Source: an uncultured Gammaproteobacteria bacterium
GTDB lineage: Bacteria; Pseudomonadota; Gammaproteobacteria; JAURND01
Direction: 5' to 3'
Assembly (NCBI GenBank): GCA_963797335.1
Contig: CAWCOU010000001.1
Span: 10,963-74,962, forward strand
Length of the DNA stretch: 64,000 bases
The notes below the pieces were generated by a model, which did no database searches, was not told the DNA's origin, and saw only the letters and a list, made by a program, of their open reading frames with translations. This document shows, one piece after another, positions 30,054-43,142 of this stretch. The position numbers were made by a program, and so were the translations under genes. The stretch's first letter is position 1. Every line of letters begins with the position of its first letter.

Positions 30054-32891
30054 TTATTGACATGCTTCACAATCGGGGTTGTCGATGGCGCAGGCCGCAA
30101 CCGTTGTCGATACCTTTACGGCATTTAACGTTTGCGTGGTTAAGGTCGATTTCTCGGCATTAGTCGCGCCTAAGGTGCGTAGGTAATACGAGGTTTTTAA
30201 ACCGCGCAGCCAAACCATGCGATAAAGCGTATCGAGTTTTTTACCGGAAGGTTCTGCCATGTATAAATTTAACGATTGCGCTTGATCGATCCATTTTTGT
30301 CGGCGCGATCCGGCTTCTATCAACCATTTCGGTTCAATTTCAAAGGCCGTTGCGTAAATGGTTTTTAAGGCCTGAGGAATGCGATTGATTTGAGTGATAC
30401 TGCCGTCATAATATTTTAAATCGTTGATCATGACTTCATCCCACAAATCAGCCGCTTTTAAATCACGCACTAAGTAAGGATTCACCACCGTGAATTCACC
30501 GGAAAGGTTCGATTTCACATACAAATTTTGATACGTGGGATCGATGGATTGTGACACACCGCAAATATTCGAAATCGTGGCGGTGGGGGCAATCGCCATG
30601 GTGTTGGAATTACGCATCCCTACGGTGGCGACGCGTTGACGTAAACTAGACCAATCCAGTGTTTGGCTGCGATCTTGTTCCAGGTAATCACCGCGCGCCG
30701 CATGCAAACGTTCAATCGAATCGATGGGTAGAATGCCTTGGTTCCACAAAGACCCTTCATACGTGGGGTAGCAACCGCGTTCTTCGGCTAAACGACTAGA
30801 GGCTTGAATCGCGTAGTAGCTAATGGCTTCCATACTGCGATCGGCAAACTCCACCGCTTCAGGAGAAGCATAGGCGATGCGTTGATGATACAAAGCATCA
30901 TGAAAACCCATCAGCCCCAAACCCACAGGGCGGTGCCGCAGATTGGATTGTCGTGCTTGCGGAACCGTATAGAAGTTAATGTCGATGACATTGTCTAACA
31001 TGCGCATCGCAATATTGACCGTGCGTTCGATTTTAGCCATATCTAAACCTTTGCCTTCAGCAGACAAATGATTGACTAAATTCAAGCTGCCCAAGTTACA
31101 GACGGCAATTTCACTGGCGGAAGTATTCAACGTAATTTCAGTGCATAAATTGGAACTGTGCACCACGCCCACGTGTTGCTGGGGTGAGCGGATATTGCAA
31201 ACGTCTTTAAAGGTGACCCAAGGATGGCCGGTTTCATACACCATGCTTAACATTTTTCGCCATAGCGTCACGGCCGGAATGGATTTACTGCGTAATTCAC
31301 CTTTTTTGGCTTTTGTTTCGTAGTCACCATAGGCTTTTTCAAAATCCAGACCGAAGCGATCGTGTAAGTCCGGAACGTCGTTAGGAGAAAACAGCGTCCA
31401 GTCACCATTGGTGAACACGCGTTTCATAAACAAATCCGGTATCCAGTTGGCGGTGTTCATGTCGTGGGTGCGGCGGCGATCGTCACCGGTGTTTTTACGT
31501 AACTCTAAAAATTCCTCGATATCCAGATGCCAGGTTTCTAAATAGCCACATACAGCACCTTGTCGTTTACCACCCTGGTTTACGGCAACGGCGGTGTCAT
31601 TGGCGACTTTCATAAACGGCACCACACCTTGCGATTTGCCATTGGTTCCTTTGATGTGTGCACCCATGGCTCGCACCGGTGTCCAGTCATTGCCAAGCCC
31701 GCCGGCGTATTTAGAGAGCAGGGCATTGTCTTTGAGGGCGGAATAAATGCCGTCTAAGTCGTCGGGCACGGTTGTTAAAAAGCAGCTGGATAATTGTGGT
31801 CGCAGCGTGCCGGAATTGAACAACGTCGGTGTGGAACTCATAAAGTCGAAAGAAGACAATAAGTGATAAAATTCAATGGCGTGTTGCTCACGATTTTCGG
31901 TTTCACCTAAAGCTAATCCCATGGCGATACGCATAAAGAAGATTTGCGGTAGTTCAAATCGGGTGCCTTTTACGTGCAGAAAATAACGATCGTATAAGGT
32001 TTGTAAGCCTAGATAGGTAAATTGCAAATCGCGTTCAGCGACGATGGCTTGGCTGATCTTGGTTAGATCAAAACTTTTCAGTCGCGGATCCAATAGTTCG
32101 GCTTCGATACCGCATTCCAAGTAACGGTGGAAATAATCGGGGTAAATGACCTGCATTTCTGCGAGGTTGAGGTGCTGCTTGGGCATCCCTAAAAAATCCA
32201 GCGCTTCTTTGCGTAAGATGTCCAGTAATAGGCGAGCGGAGACATAACTGTAGTTAGGTTCTTTTTCCACCAAAGCGCGAGCGCTCATAATCAAGGCTTT
32301 TTGCACGTCGGAGAATGACGCACCCTCAAATAGTCCCCGTCTTGTGTCGTCGATGATGAGTTGAGGTTCCACCTCAGTTAGGTTATGACAGGCATCCGCC
32401 ACGACTTGGTTGAACCAGTTATCATCTAAAGTGATCTGGCTGCCGTCTGGTAGCGTCACTTGAAATGCAGCAGGGGAGGTAGACTGGTCGGTTGGCTGAT
32501 TTTCTGCAGCTCGTGCTTTGCGACGCTCCTCACGATACAGCACGTAGGCACGCGCAACCTTGTGCTCACCGGCTCTCATCAGCGCCAGTTCTACTTGGTC
32601 TTGAATAGATTCGATATGAATCGTGCCGCCTACCGGCCATTGGCGATAGAAAGCAGCGCTGATTTGTTGCGTCAATTGTTGAACGATGTGATATACCCGT
32701 CCAGAATCAGCAGCCTGGTCGCCTTCTACGGCCAGAAAGGCTTTTCCTAACGCAACGTTGATCTTGGTATCATCGTACGGCGTGACGTCGCCGTTGCGTC
32801 GAATGATTCGTAATAACCCTGGACTGATGGCGGTCATTCGTTGTTGTTCTATGGCAGTTTTAGTCACGGCAATAGGTGTTAAGGTTTCCAT
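30054..32891 (-). CDS. nrdA: Ribonucleotide reductase class Ia alpha subunit with N-terminal ATP cones
   Basis: STPTLFNSG, SSCF, SNLCTEI, AIAPTATIS, C-terminal CEACQ. Confidence 0.97.
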   Translation of the reverse strand: METLTPIAVTKTAIEQQRMTAISPGLLRIIRRNGDVTPYDDTKINVALGKAFLAVEGDQAADSGRVYHIVQQLTQQISAAFYRQWPVGGTIHIESIQDQVELALMRAGEHKVARAYVLYREERRKARAAENQPTDQSTSPAAFQVTLPDGSQITLDDNWFNQVVADACHNLTEVEPQLIIDDTRRGLFEGASFSDVQKALIMSARALVEKEPNYSYVSARLLLDILRKEALDFLGMPKQHLNLAEMQVIYPDYFHRYLECGIEAELLDPRLKSFDLTKISQAIVAERDLQFTYLGLQTLYDRYFLHVKGTRFELPQIFFMRIAMGLALGETENREQHAIEFYHLLSSFDFMSSTPTLFNSGTLRPQLSSCFLTTVPDDLDGIYSALKDNALLSKYAGGLGNDWTPVRAMGAHIKGTNGKSQGVVPFMKVANDTAVAVNQGGKRQGAVCGYLETWHLDIEEFLELRKNTGDDRRRTHDMNTANWIPDLFMKRVFTNGDWTLFSPNDVPDLHDRFGLDFEKAYGDYETKAKKGELRSKSIPAVTLWRKMLSMVYETGHPWVTFKDVCNIRSPQQHVGVVHSSNLCTEITLNTSASEIAVCNLGSLNLVNHLSAEGKGLDMAKIERTVNIAMRMLDNVIDINFYTVPQARQSNLRHRPVGLGLMGFHDALYHQRIAYASPEAVEFADRSMEAISYYAIQASSRLAEERGCYPTYEGSLWNQGILPIDSIERLHAARGDYLEQDRSQTLDWSSLRQRVATVGMRNSNTMAIAPTATISNICGVSQSIDPTYQNLYVKSNLSGEFTVVNPYLVRDLKAADLWDEVMINDLKYYDGSITQINRIPQALKTIYATAFEIEPKWLIEAGSRRQKWIDQAQSLNLYMAEPSGKKLDTLYRMVWLRGLKTSYYLRTLGATNAEKSTLTTQTLNAVKVSTTVAACAIDNPDCEACQ

Positions 32892-32999
32892 CTAGATTCT
32901 CCTTCTATTGATTGAACATCGCATATCCTTGGATGTGTATGGTGTAGAAAAACGAGAGTCATTTTTTATGTTGAAGTTAAGTTGACCAAAAAATGGTAA

Positions 33000-33047
33000 A
33001 CGCAATATATTGTAGTTGGCTTGATGATAAACCACAAGATAATGTGG
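33000..33047. promoter_or_regulatory. Tandem NrdR boxes upstream of nrdA
   Basis: ACGCAATATATTGTAG (33000-33015) and CCACAAGATAATGTGG (33032-33047), 32 bp apart; both match the acaCwAtATaTwGtgt consensus. Confidence 0.8.
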
Positions 33048-33256
33048 AAATGTTGTAAAACTTCCGGACATTGTTCAGCCTATCTTATTAAAAAATAAGA
33101 GACTTTTTTTTCCGGACAAATGGGGTTGGCATTCCGCTTGAAGTTGTGTAAAATGTGCACAAATTTAAATTGTGTAAAGTAATCAATCGGTTAGAAATTT
33201 TTCATCTTTTGCCTTATTGGCATTGTCGCGCTGAGTGTAGCCCACCGGAGATTTTT

Positions 33257-33967
33257 ATGAGCAAATGGCTGATTGGAATTTTTTTGAGTATGGGCATGTT
33301 GAGTTTGGTTGCTCTCAGTGCCAGCGGAGCTACCCTGCAAAATGTCGATCAAATCGCCCCGACGTTGAATGCGAAGTCGCCGCACTTAAACCCCACCGTG
33401 TTGAAGCTAGCATTGGAAGCGTATAATTGTGCAGCGCTGTCAGGGGTTCCGAAACGACCCTTGCTGACCATCATTGATTATTCCTTACCCTCCGCCGCAA
33501 AGCGGATGTGGGTTTTTGATTTATCCCGCGACAAATTATTATTTAACAACCTGGTAGCGCATGGCCAAGGTTCTGGCAGTGCGACTTCTCGCTATTTTTC
33601 CAATCAATACGATACCCACGCCAGTAGTATTGGTCTTTATTTGACTGAAAATGCGTACTTGGGTCACGATGGTTTTTCATTACGTTTAGCAGGATTAGAC
33701 CGAGGATTTAACGACAAAGCGTTATCTCGCGATATCGTCGTTCATGGTGCTTCTTATGTCAGCGATCAAATAGCCAGATCTTACAATATGATCGGCCGAA
33801 GTTGGGGATGCCCAGCCGTTCCCAAACCGTTAGCTGCGCCCATTATTAACACGATCAAAGACGGGACATTGATATTCGCCTATTACCCCGATAACCGATG
33901 GCTAAAAAACTCACGCTACCTGCATTGCACAGGTAATCTCGCGATGAACAAGCCATTGGAGGCATAG
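33257..33967 (+). CDS. Murein L,D-transpeptidase catalytic domain protein (YkuD_2 family)
   Basis: IIDYSLPSAAKRMW, LVAHGQGSG, HGASYV, GRSWGCPAV; signal peptide from ATG 33257. Confidence 0.9.
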   Translation: MSKWLIGIFLSMGMLSLVALSASGATLQNVDQIAPTLNAKSPHLNPTVLKLALEAYNCAALSGVPKRPLLTIIDYSLPSAAKRMWVFDLSRDKLLFNNLVAHGQGSGSATSRYFSNQYDTHASSIGLYLTENAYLGHDGFSLRLAGLDRGFNDKALSRDIVVHGASYVSDQIARSYNMIGRSWGCPAVPKPLAAPIINTIKDGTLIFAYYPDNRWLKNSRYLHCTGNLAMNKPLEA

Positions 33968-33981
33968 TCGCTCTCAGGGAC

Positions 33982-34947
33982 TCAGGCCGCCCCTTCTTCG
34001 GGTTGGTTGGCAGGCGTTCTCTGGCAAATATCTTGGTGTGGAGGCAAATTATCGGGGAGATTCACGATCGCTTCCAAGCTCGATTCAATGAGTTTTAATA
34101 CCGAGCGCATGGGGTTGGCGCTGACCGCACCGCTATCTCGGTTGTTAAGCGTCACCGCCAAAGTAGCGCAGTGATGCCCCAGGATTTTCCCCAGACCAAA
34201 CAGTGCCGAAGTTTCCATCTCGAGATTGAGGATTTGTTCCCCCTGGAAGCTAAAATCATGTAGATGATTCAACAAATTGGGAAAATGGGGTTCGGCACGC
34301 AACCAGCGGCCTTGAGGGGCGAAGAAACCAGGGGATGTGATGGTAATTCCGGCCTCACAGCCTTTCTTTAATCGATGGAATAGGTAATCGCAGCCTTGCA
34401 CAAAATACGGCTGAGTGATCTGTTTGACTTCCGGTAAAATCTCTAGAAAAGTATTCAAACCGGCAATTTCATAGTCATTAGGCTGAAATTTATAGAAGTT
34501 TAACAAAGAATCTAGGCCAATAGCCGAATGGCTAATGACGATGGAATCGACCGGTAGCGCTTTGGCCACACCGCCGCAGGTGCCTAGGCGAATGATATTC
34601 AATACCCTTCGGGTAGTATTCAATTGGCGTTCGGTGAGGCTGACGTTTACGACCGCATCCAATTCATTCATGACAATATCGATGTTGTCAGTGCCAATCC
34701 CGCTGGAAACGACGGTGAGACGTTTTTTATTTAATACGCCGGTGTGGGTGATGAATTCGCGGTGTTGTTTCTTTATTTCAATCTCATCGAAATACTGACT
34801 AATAGTGGCGACGCGTTCGGGGCTACCGACACAGATGACGGTATCCGCTACATCCTCCGGGAGCAGAGCTAGGTGGTAAATGCTCCCATCGGGATTTACC
34901 ATTAAAGCGGCCGGATCTATAGTCCTGGTCATATTTCTACCTTTCAT
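33982..34947 (-). CDS. Nucleoside (uridine) phosphorylase, PNP_UDP family
   Basis: NPDGSIYHL, GIGTDNIDIVMNELDA, IIRLGTCGG, NLEMETS. Confidence 0.88.
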   Translation of the reverse strand: MKGRNMTRTIDPAALMVNPDGSIYHLALLPEDVADTVICVGSPERVATISQYFDEIEIKKQHREFITHTGVLNKKRLTVVSSGIGTDNIDIVMNELDAVVNVSLTERQLNTTRRVLNIIRLGTCGGVAKALPVDSIVISHSAIGLDSLLNFYKFQPNDYEIAGLNTFLEILPEVKQITQPYFVQGCDYLFHRLKKGCEAGITITSPGFFAPQGRWLRAEPHFPNLLNHLHDFSFQGEQILNLEMETSALFGLGKILGHHCATLAVTLNNRDSGAVSANPMRSVLKLIESSLEAIVNLPDNLPPHQDICQRTPANQPEEGAA

Positions 34948-35163
34948 TGCATGTATTCAACCAGAAAGCCCACTTGCGGGAGAATCGTGTTTTTCTTCGA
35001 GTGACTAGGGACAGACTAATGTGGTTGTGTGATCGAAAATACCTATACCTAGGTAAAACAACGACCGATCACTTGTTTCTCCATGAGCAAAATTTAATCG
35101 GATGACTATCTTTCGCCAAACGTATTATTATAATACAAATTCCTGGGAAGTAAAATGAGCAAA

Positions 35164-35190
35164 TGTAGGGGTCAATAACTGACCCCTACA
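35164..35190. terminator. Perfect hairpin downstream of the second L,D-transpeptidase
   Basis: TGTAGGGGTCA-ATAAC-TGACCCCTACA; GGGGTCA/TGACCCC arms resemble family C. Confidence 0.6.
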
Positions 35191-35213
35191 AATAGCCCAT
35201 GCCTAAGGGATTA

Positions 35214-35948
35214 TTACGCGGCTTGAGTGACGGCAGAAGTGGAATTCTTAGCCATCAAACTACCCGAGCAATTGAGGTACTTGGATTCTTTTAACCAGGT
35301 TGGGTCTGGGTAATAAGCAAAGACCAAGCTACCATCTTTAATCGTGTTAATGATAGGCTGCGCCATGGTTTGTGGCACTGCCGGACAACCCCAGCTACGG
35401 CCGATGCGGTTAGTGGTTTTGGCAATAGTATCGCTCACATAAGTCGCGCCATGTACCACCACATTTCGTGAAAAGGCTTGGTCATTAAAACCCTGGTCCA
35501 AACCTAATAATTTTAACGATTCACCGTGCTTACCAATATAGGTATTACCTGTTAAGTACAAACCAATGCTGGAAGCATGACTCTGGCCTTGGTCAGAGAA
35601 GGTGGTAGCCATGTTGTTACCCGAACCTTTACCATGAGCCACCAAATTATTAAAAACGACTTTATTCGTAGCTAAGTCAATAACCCACATCCGTTTTTGC
35701 GCAGACGGCAATGAATAGTCGATCACGGTTAATGTTTGGGTTTTCGCCTTACCGGATAGTTCTGCACAGTGGTAGGCGTCTAGGGCCAGCTTCAAGACAG
35801 AGGGGTTTAAACCGGGGGTTTGGGCTATTATGGCGGTTACTTGATTATCAGCGGCAGTAGTTGTTGTCGCAGGAGTTGTATTCGCTATATCACCTGCCAG
35901 TGCCACTTGAGCACAACCAACCAATGTCGTTATAAATAATCGCTTCAT
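35214..35948 (-). CDS. Second YkuD_2 L,D-transpeptidase paralog
   Basis: VIDYSLPSAQKRMW, LVAHGKGSG, HGATYV, GRSWGCPAV; signal peptide from ATG 35948 with GAGG SD. Confidence 0.9.
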   Translation of the reverse strand: MKRLFITTLVGCAQVALAGDIANTTPATTTTAADNQVTAIIAQTPGLNPSVLKLALDAYHCAELSGKAKTQTLTVIDYSLPSAQKRMWVIDLATNKVVFNNLVAHGKGSGNNMATTFSDQGQSHASSIGLYLTGNTYIGKHGESLKLLGLDQGFNDQAFSRNVVVHGATYVSDTIAKTTNRIGRSWGCPAVPQTMAQPIINTIKDGSLVFAYYPDPTWLKESKYLNCSGSLMAKNSTSAVTQAA

Positions 35949-35972
35949 TACTATACCTCGCTTCAGTACCAA

Positions 35973-35990
35973 ATATTAAAATAATCTTAA
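35973..35990 (-). promoter_or_regulatory. Second copy of the 18-bp PmrA-like motif
   Basis: ATATTAAAATAATCTTAA, identical to 8346-8363, 25 bp upstream of the start. Confidence 0.5.
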
Positions 35991-36168
35991 CAATCCATCG
36001 CTTCAACAATTGGCATAAATTGTAACCAATTGATTTTGTAGAGTTTCGCTTATTTGTATATATTCTACACAGTTTCTTACCTTAAGGCAACCTTTATTGC
36101 TGGTTTTGGAGGACAAGGGGTGGGTAATCTATAAAGTCTATTTATTTCAGTAGGTTATCTTTATGTGC

Positions 36169-36401
36169 CTGTGAGTGAGCATTTGATTAGAGGTTAGCAC
36201 TGTAAGCCTCCTCTCCCGCGCGAGGGGCTTGAATAAAGGCACTGAACTTGTTCGCGGGAGAGGGTTGAGGAGAGGGCTAATGGATAGCGCGAGACTTTAC
36301 CCTCTCCCCTAACCCTCTCCCGCGAATAGGTTTGCAGCTTTTGCCCAAACTTCTCGCGCGGGAGAGGGAGTTTACAGTGCTAATCGTTAATCCGGTGCCT
36401 A
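36169..36401. mobile_element. MITE family B internal core lacking both TIRs
   Basis: Matches the reverse complement of ~59270-59500 with scattered substitutions. Confidence 0.85.
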
Positions 36402-36741
36402 TGGAGATATTTAGGGATGAGAGCCGCCAGCATTTCCAGGGAGTGTTTTATTTCGCATAGAGGGGCTTTCTTTCGTAGAGGAAAATCCAGCCTTTGGCGA
36501 TACGATAAATAACCCAAATCAAATCCAGAATCAGGATGATGAAGCCAACGAAAATCCAGAAGGAAATTAAGCCGAGCAGACCCCACAGCAAGCCATACCA
36601 GAACGTGCGGATTTGCCATTGGAAATGAGAGGCAAGCCAAGTGCCTTTGATGGGTTCTTTGTCCACACAATAATGCATAATGACAGCAATAATAAAAGGC
36701 AGGCCAAACACCAGGCCGGCTGCTTGTAGAATGTAAATAGT

Positions 36742-38524
<1,783 letters not shown>

Positions 38525-38624
38525 TTACGGACAATGTATATACTCACCGGCTTTGGAAATCTAGTTTTCCTTGAAGGGGTTAAATTATAACGCTGTGGTA
38601 ATTCTAACAAACGAAGGATAAAGG

Positions 38625-40142
38625 ATGCACACGAAAAAGTTATGCCTCAGTTTATTATCTTTCTGCGGGCTGAGTGTTTTATTGCTAATTTGTAGCGCAG
38701 CCTCCGCACAAACCGCGAATTCAGCTGAAAAATACCCCGATACCAACTACCCGGTGATCAATTATGGCACGGGCGAACACGCCGACAGTATTAAACGCGG
38801 TGAATATTTGGTGAAAGCGGGCGATTGCATTGCCTGCCATACCACCCCCGGTGGCCAGCCTTTCGCGGGTGGCTTACCGATTAAAACACCGTTTGGCACT
38901 ATTTATTCCCAAAATATTACCCCGGATACTCAATACGGGATCGGCAAATGGACTGACGATCAATTTGTACGCGTATTGCGAGAAGGCATTTCCCCTAAGG
39001 GTCGCTATTATTTCCCGGTATTTCCTTACCCTTATTTTAATAAATTGACACAGCAGGATGCCTTGGATATCCGCGCCTATTTGGCCGCCATACCCGCAGT
39101 GCCCTTAAAGAACCGTCCTTTAGATATGCCATGGCCGTTCAATGTCCGATTATTGCAGAGCTTCTGGCGCTTTTTATTCTTTGATTTCCATAAGGGGGAA
39201 TTCCAGCCCGACCCCAATCAATCGCCGGAATGGAATCGGGGTGCCTACCTGGTGCAAGGATTAGGGCATTGCAGCCTTTGCCATTCCCCTTTAAATAAAT
39301 TAGGCGCGCCTATCCAGAAATACGAGTTAGCTGGCGGTTTTATCGAAGGTTATTCCGCACCCAATATTTCCGCTACGGGTTTACTCAACGTGCCCACCGA
39401 CAAAGTGCTGGATGTGTTCTTGAAAGATCAAAAATGGAATGGTGGTCAAGTGCAAGGCCCGATGCTACAGGTGAATCACGACAGCTTACGTTACCTTAGT
39501 ACGCAAGACCTCACTGCGATTGTCACGTATTTACGCACCGTGCAAAGCAAAACACCACCCGCGCCCAGCGTAGGTACTGGGGCTAAAGCTGGAGAAGCCA
39601 TTTATCAAAAATATTGTACCGGCTGTCACATGGCTGGAGGTGGCGGGGCGCCCAAGTTTGGTGATTCTGGGCAATGGGCACCGTTCTTAAAGGCAGGTAT
39701 GGATACGGTCTATAATAATGCCATTAAAGGTATTGACGGTATGCCTGCTAAAGGGAATTGTGATGCCTGCTCCGATGAACAAATAAAGAGCGCTGTCGAT
39801 TATATCGTCGGTCAAAGCAAAAGCGGTGGCGGGGCGGCGGCAGCAAATACCACAACCCTGGAGCAGAAACAAACCTCACTGGCCAGGGGGCAGCAGGTTT
39901 ATCAGCAAGTCTGTTCCATTTGCCACGCGGATGGTAAGCTAGGGGCGCCGAAATTAGGTGATAAAGCAGCCTGGGTACCCTTGGTAAAAACCAATCTAGA
40001 CGTTCTCATCACCCGAGCGATTCAGGGTTACAAAGGACACCCTGCCAAAGGGTCGTGTTATGAATGCACAGATGCAGATATTATTGCAGCTGTGAAGTAT
40101 ATGGCACAGCAGAGCGGGGCAGGTAATTATACATTATGGTAA
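38625..40142 (+). CDS. Multiheme cytochrome c (dehydrogenase-type diheme domain + two c5-like domains)
   Basis: Four CxxCH motifs (CIACH, CSLCH, CTGCH, CSICH); c5-type CDAC and CYEC pairs; signal peptide. Confidence 0.9.
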   Translation: MHTKKLCLSLLSFCGLSVLLLICSAASAQTANSAEKYPDTNYPVINYGTGEHADSIKRGEYLVKAGDCIACHTTPGGQPFAGGLPIKTPFGTIYSQNITPDTQYGIGKWTDDQFVRVLREGISPKGRYYFPVFPYPYFNKLTQQDALDIRAYLAAIPAVPLKNRPLDMPWPFNVRLLQSFWRFLFFDFHKGEFQPDPNQSPEWNRGAYLVQGLGHCSLCHSPLNKLGAPIQKYELAGGFIEGYSAPNISATGLLNVPTDKVLDVFLKDQKWNGGQVQGPMLQVNHDSLRYLSTQDLTAIVTYLRTVQSKTPPAPSVGTGAKAGEAIYQKYCTGCHMAGGGGAPKFGDSGQWAPFLKAGMDTVYNNAIKGIDGMPAKGNCDACSDEQIKSAVDYIVGQSKSGGGAAAANTTTLEQKQTSLARGQQVYQQVCSICHADGKLGAPKLGDKAAWVPLVKTNLDVLITRAIQGYKGHPAKGSCYECTDADIIAAVKYMAQQSGAGNYTLW

Positions 40143-40281
40143 ACCGTTAGAAGTGGACGTGCTGCTCGCGTTCGCAGAGGTAGCAGCGTTCATTAGAACA
40201 GGGCGCTAAAAATGGAATTGTTGTTTTAAACGACTGGCCAAGGATGGGGAGGAAAACCAGAAAAAAAAAGAGACCAATACC

Positions 40282-41472
40282 ATGCAATTCATGCGTAAAT
40301 TTAAATTTTTTTTAGGACTGCTGTTCAGCATAGCTGGGATCCCATGCGCTTACGCTGATTACACATTAAATTTAACCCCCGGCGTCACCCCCATCAGCCA
40401 AGACATCTATAATCTCCACATGACCATATTTTGGATTTGCGTGGCCATTGGTGTGGTTGTATTTGGCGTCATGTTCTACTCCTTATTTGCACATCGAAAA
40501 TCACGAGGCATAAAACCAGCCACTTTTCACGGCAATACCCGCGTTGAAATATTCTGGGCGGTGGTGCCGTTGATTATCTTAATTATCATGGCCGTTCCCG
40601 CAACATTAGTGTTGATGCGCATGGAAGACAGCAGCAAAGCGGATGTCAACATTAAAGTCACCGGTTACCAATGGAAATGGCAATACGAATACCTGGATGA
40701 AGGCATCAGTTTTTATAGCAACTTAGCCACGCCCCCCGAACAAATAAAAAATAAAGCGCCGAAAAACAAATGGTACTTATTGGAAGTGGATAACCCCGTA
40801 GTGGTGCCCATCCACAAAAAAATCCGATTCTTAGTGACCGCCAACGACGTCATTCATTCTTGGTGGGTACCTGACTTAGGCATTAAACGCGATGCCATTC
40901 CCGGTTTTATCCACGAAGCATGGGCGCGTATTGAAAAACCAGGCATCTATCGTGGCCAATGCGCGGAGTTATGTGGTTTAAACCACGCGTTTATGCCGAT
41001 CGTCGTCGATGCTCGAACCGAAGCGGATTACGATAAATGGGTGCAAGAGCAAAAATCCAATGCTGCCCAGGGCGCGGGCGCCTCGCAGGCGTTGCCACAG
41101 ACAGAAGTCAATAAAACCTATACTTTGCAAGAATTAATGCAGCAGGGCGAGCAAGTCTATAATTCACGCTGTGCCGCCTGCCATAAACCCGATGGTAAAG
41201 GCATGCCACCGGCTTTCCCCGCGCTAAAAGGGAGTGCCATTGCCACCGGCCCGGTGCAGAACCACATTGATATTGTTCTCAAGGGCAAGCCCGGAACGGC
41301 CATGGTTGCGTTTGGACCGCAATTAAATGATGTTGATATTGCTGCCGTCATTACCTACGAACGTAATGCTTGGGGCAATGCGGATAATAAAAATAATCAG
41401 AATGCCGGTGGCCTAGTTCAGCCGGCCACTATAGCTAATAATCGCCAGTCACAGGGGGGCAGTCAACCATGA
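40282..41472 (+). CDS. coxB: Cytochrome c oxidase subunit II with C-terminal cytochrome c
   Basis: DVIHSWW, Cu[20 protein letters not shown]. Confidence 0.97.
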   Translation: MQFMRKFKFFLGLLFSIAGIPCAYADYTLNLTPGVTPISQDIYNLHMTIFWICVAIGVVVFGVMFYSLFAHRKSRGIKPATFHGNTRVEIFWAVVPLIILIIMAVPATLVLMRMEDSSKADVNIKVTGYQWKWQYEYLDEGISFYSNLATPPEQIKNKAPKNKWYLLEVDNPVVVPIHKKIRFLVTANDVIHSWWVPDLGIKRDAIPGFIHEAWARIEKPGIYRGQCAELCGLNHAFMPIVVDARTEADYDKWVQEQKSNAAQGAGASQALPQTEVNKTYTLQELMQQGEQVYNSRCAACHKPDGKGMPPAFPALKGSAIATGPVQNHIDIVLKGKPGTAMVAFGPQLNDVDIAAVITYERNAWGNADNKNNQNAGGLVQPATIANNRQSQGGSQP

Positions 41473-43124
41473 GCGATAAATCCATTAATAACCCCATCAC
41501 GGAGCATGATGCCGGACATGACCATGGTCAAGGTGTCACAGAAAAAGGACTATGGCCGTACATTCGCCGCTGGGTTTTTACCACCAACCATAAAGACATT
41601 GGTACCTTGTATTTATGGTTATCATGCATCATGTTTTTTGTGGCAGGCACTATGGCGTTATTGATTCGCGCCGAATTATTCCAACCCGGTCATCGCTTGC
41701 TCGACCCTGACTTCTTCAACCAAATGACGACCATGCATGGTTTAATCATGGTATTTGGTGTGGTCATGCCAGCCTTCGTCGGTTTAGCGAACTGGCAAAT
41801 TCCGCTGATGATAGGCGCTCCCGATATGGCGTTGCCGCGCTTAAATAACTGGAGTTTCTGGATTCTACCATTTGCGTTCACGCTATTACTCAGCACCTTC
41901 CTGCTGCCGGGATCTGCACCTAATTACGGTTGGACTTTTTACGCGCCACTGTCCACTACTTACGGCCCGCCCAGCACTGACTTTATGATTTTCTCTATCC
42001 ACATGATGGGCTTGTCTTCCATATTAGGCGCCATCAATATCATTGCCACCATCCTTAATATGCGTGCACCTGGCCTTAAGTTTATGAAAATGCCGGTGTT
42101 CGTGTGGAGTTGGTTGATTACCGCCTTCTTATTGCTAGGCATTATGCCGGTATTGGCGGGTGCAGTGACCATGATGTTAACCGATCGTCATTTTGGCACT
42201 ACCTTTTTTAACGCCGCAGGTGGCGGTGACCCGGTGTTATTCCAACACGTGTTTTGGTTTTTCGGTCACCCGGAAGTGTATGTATTAATACTACCGGCCT
42301 TTGGTGTCATGTCGGAGGTTATCCCCACTTTTAGCCGTAAACCCTTATTCGGTTATTCATTCATGGTGTACGCCATCATCGCCATTGCCGTGTTATCCTA
42401 CATTGTGTGGGCGCACCACATGTTTACCACCGGTATTCCCTTAGCGGCGCAATTATTTTTTATGTATGCCACCATGCTCATTGCCGTGCCGACCGGTATT
42501 AAAGTTTTTAATTGGGTCAGTACGATTTATAAAGGCGCATTAACGTTTGAAACCCCGATGCTATTTGCCATTGCCTTTGTGTTCCTGTTTACCATCGGTG
42601 GATTTTCGGGGTTAATGTTGGCGATAGTGCCGGCGGATTATCAATACCAGGATACGTATTTTGTGGTTGCCCATTTCCACTATGTATTAGTGCCCGGTTC
42701 CATTTTCGGTATTATGACCGGCGTTTATTACTGGTTACCGAAATGGACTGGCCGCATGTTTAGCGAAAAGTTGGGGAAATGGCATTTTTGGTTGTCGGTC
42801 ATTGGCTTGAACATCACCTTCTTCCCCATGCATTTCCTGGGCTTGGCCGGTATGCCACGACGCATTCCCGATTACGCCTTGCAATTCACCGATTTTAATA
42901 GCATTGCTAGTGTGGGTGCCTATATTTTTGGCCTATCCCAATTATTATTTATTATCAATATCATCTGGACTATTCGCAAAGGTAAGCCGGCCACCGCACA
43001 GGTATGGGAAGGTGCGCATGGTTTGGAGTGGGAATTACCCTCACCGGCACCGTATCATAGTTGGGTAACACCACCTGACCGACAAACGATTGATAAGATT
43101 AGTCAATGGCATCCACCGCAGTAA
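41469..43124 (+). CDS. coxA: Cytochrome c oxidase subunit I
   Basis: [32 protein letters not shown]. Confidence 0.98.
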   Translation: MSDKSINNPITEHDAGHDHGQGVTEKGLWPYIRRWVFTTNHKDIGTLYLWLSCIMFFVAGTMALLIRAELFQPGHRLLDPDFFNQMTTMHGLIMVFGVVMPAFVGLANWQIPLMIGAPDMALPRLNNWSFWILPFAFTLLLSTFLLPGSAPNYGWTFYAPLSTTYGPPSTDFMIFSIHMMGLSSILGAINIIATILNMRAPGLKFMKMPVFVWSWLITAFLLLGIMPVLAGAVTMMLTDRHFGTTFFNAAGGGDPVLFQHVFWFFGHPEVYVLILPAFGVMSEVIPTFSRKPLFGYSFMVYAIIAIAVLSYIVWAHHMFTTGIPLAAQLFFMYATMLIAVPTGIKVFNWVSTIYKGALTFETPMLFAIAFVFLFTIGGFSGLMLAIVPADYQYQDTYFVVAHFHYVLVPGSIFGIMTGVYYWLPKWTGRMFSEKLGKWHFWLSVIGLNITFFPMHFLGLAGMPRRIPDYALQFTDFNSIASVGAYIFGLSQLLFIINIIWTIRKGKPATAQVWEGAHGLEWELPSPAPYHSWVTPPDRQTIDKISQWHPPQ

Positions 43125-43142
43125 AGCAGGAGTGATGATAAA

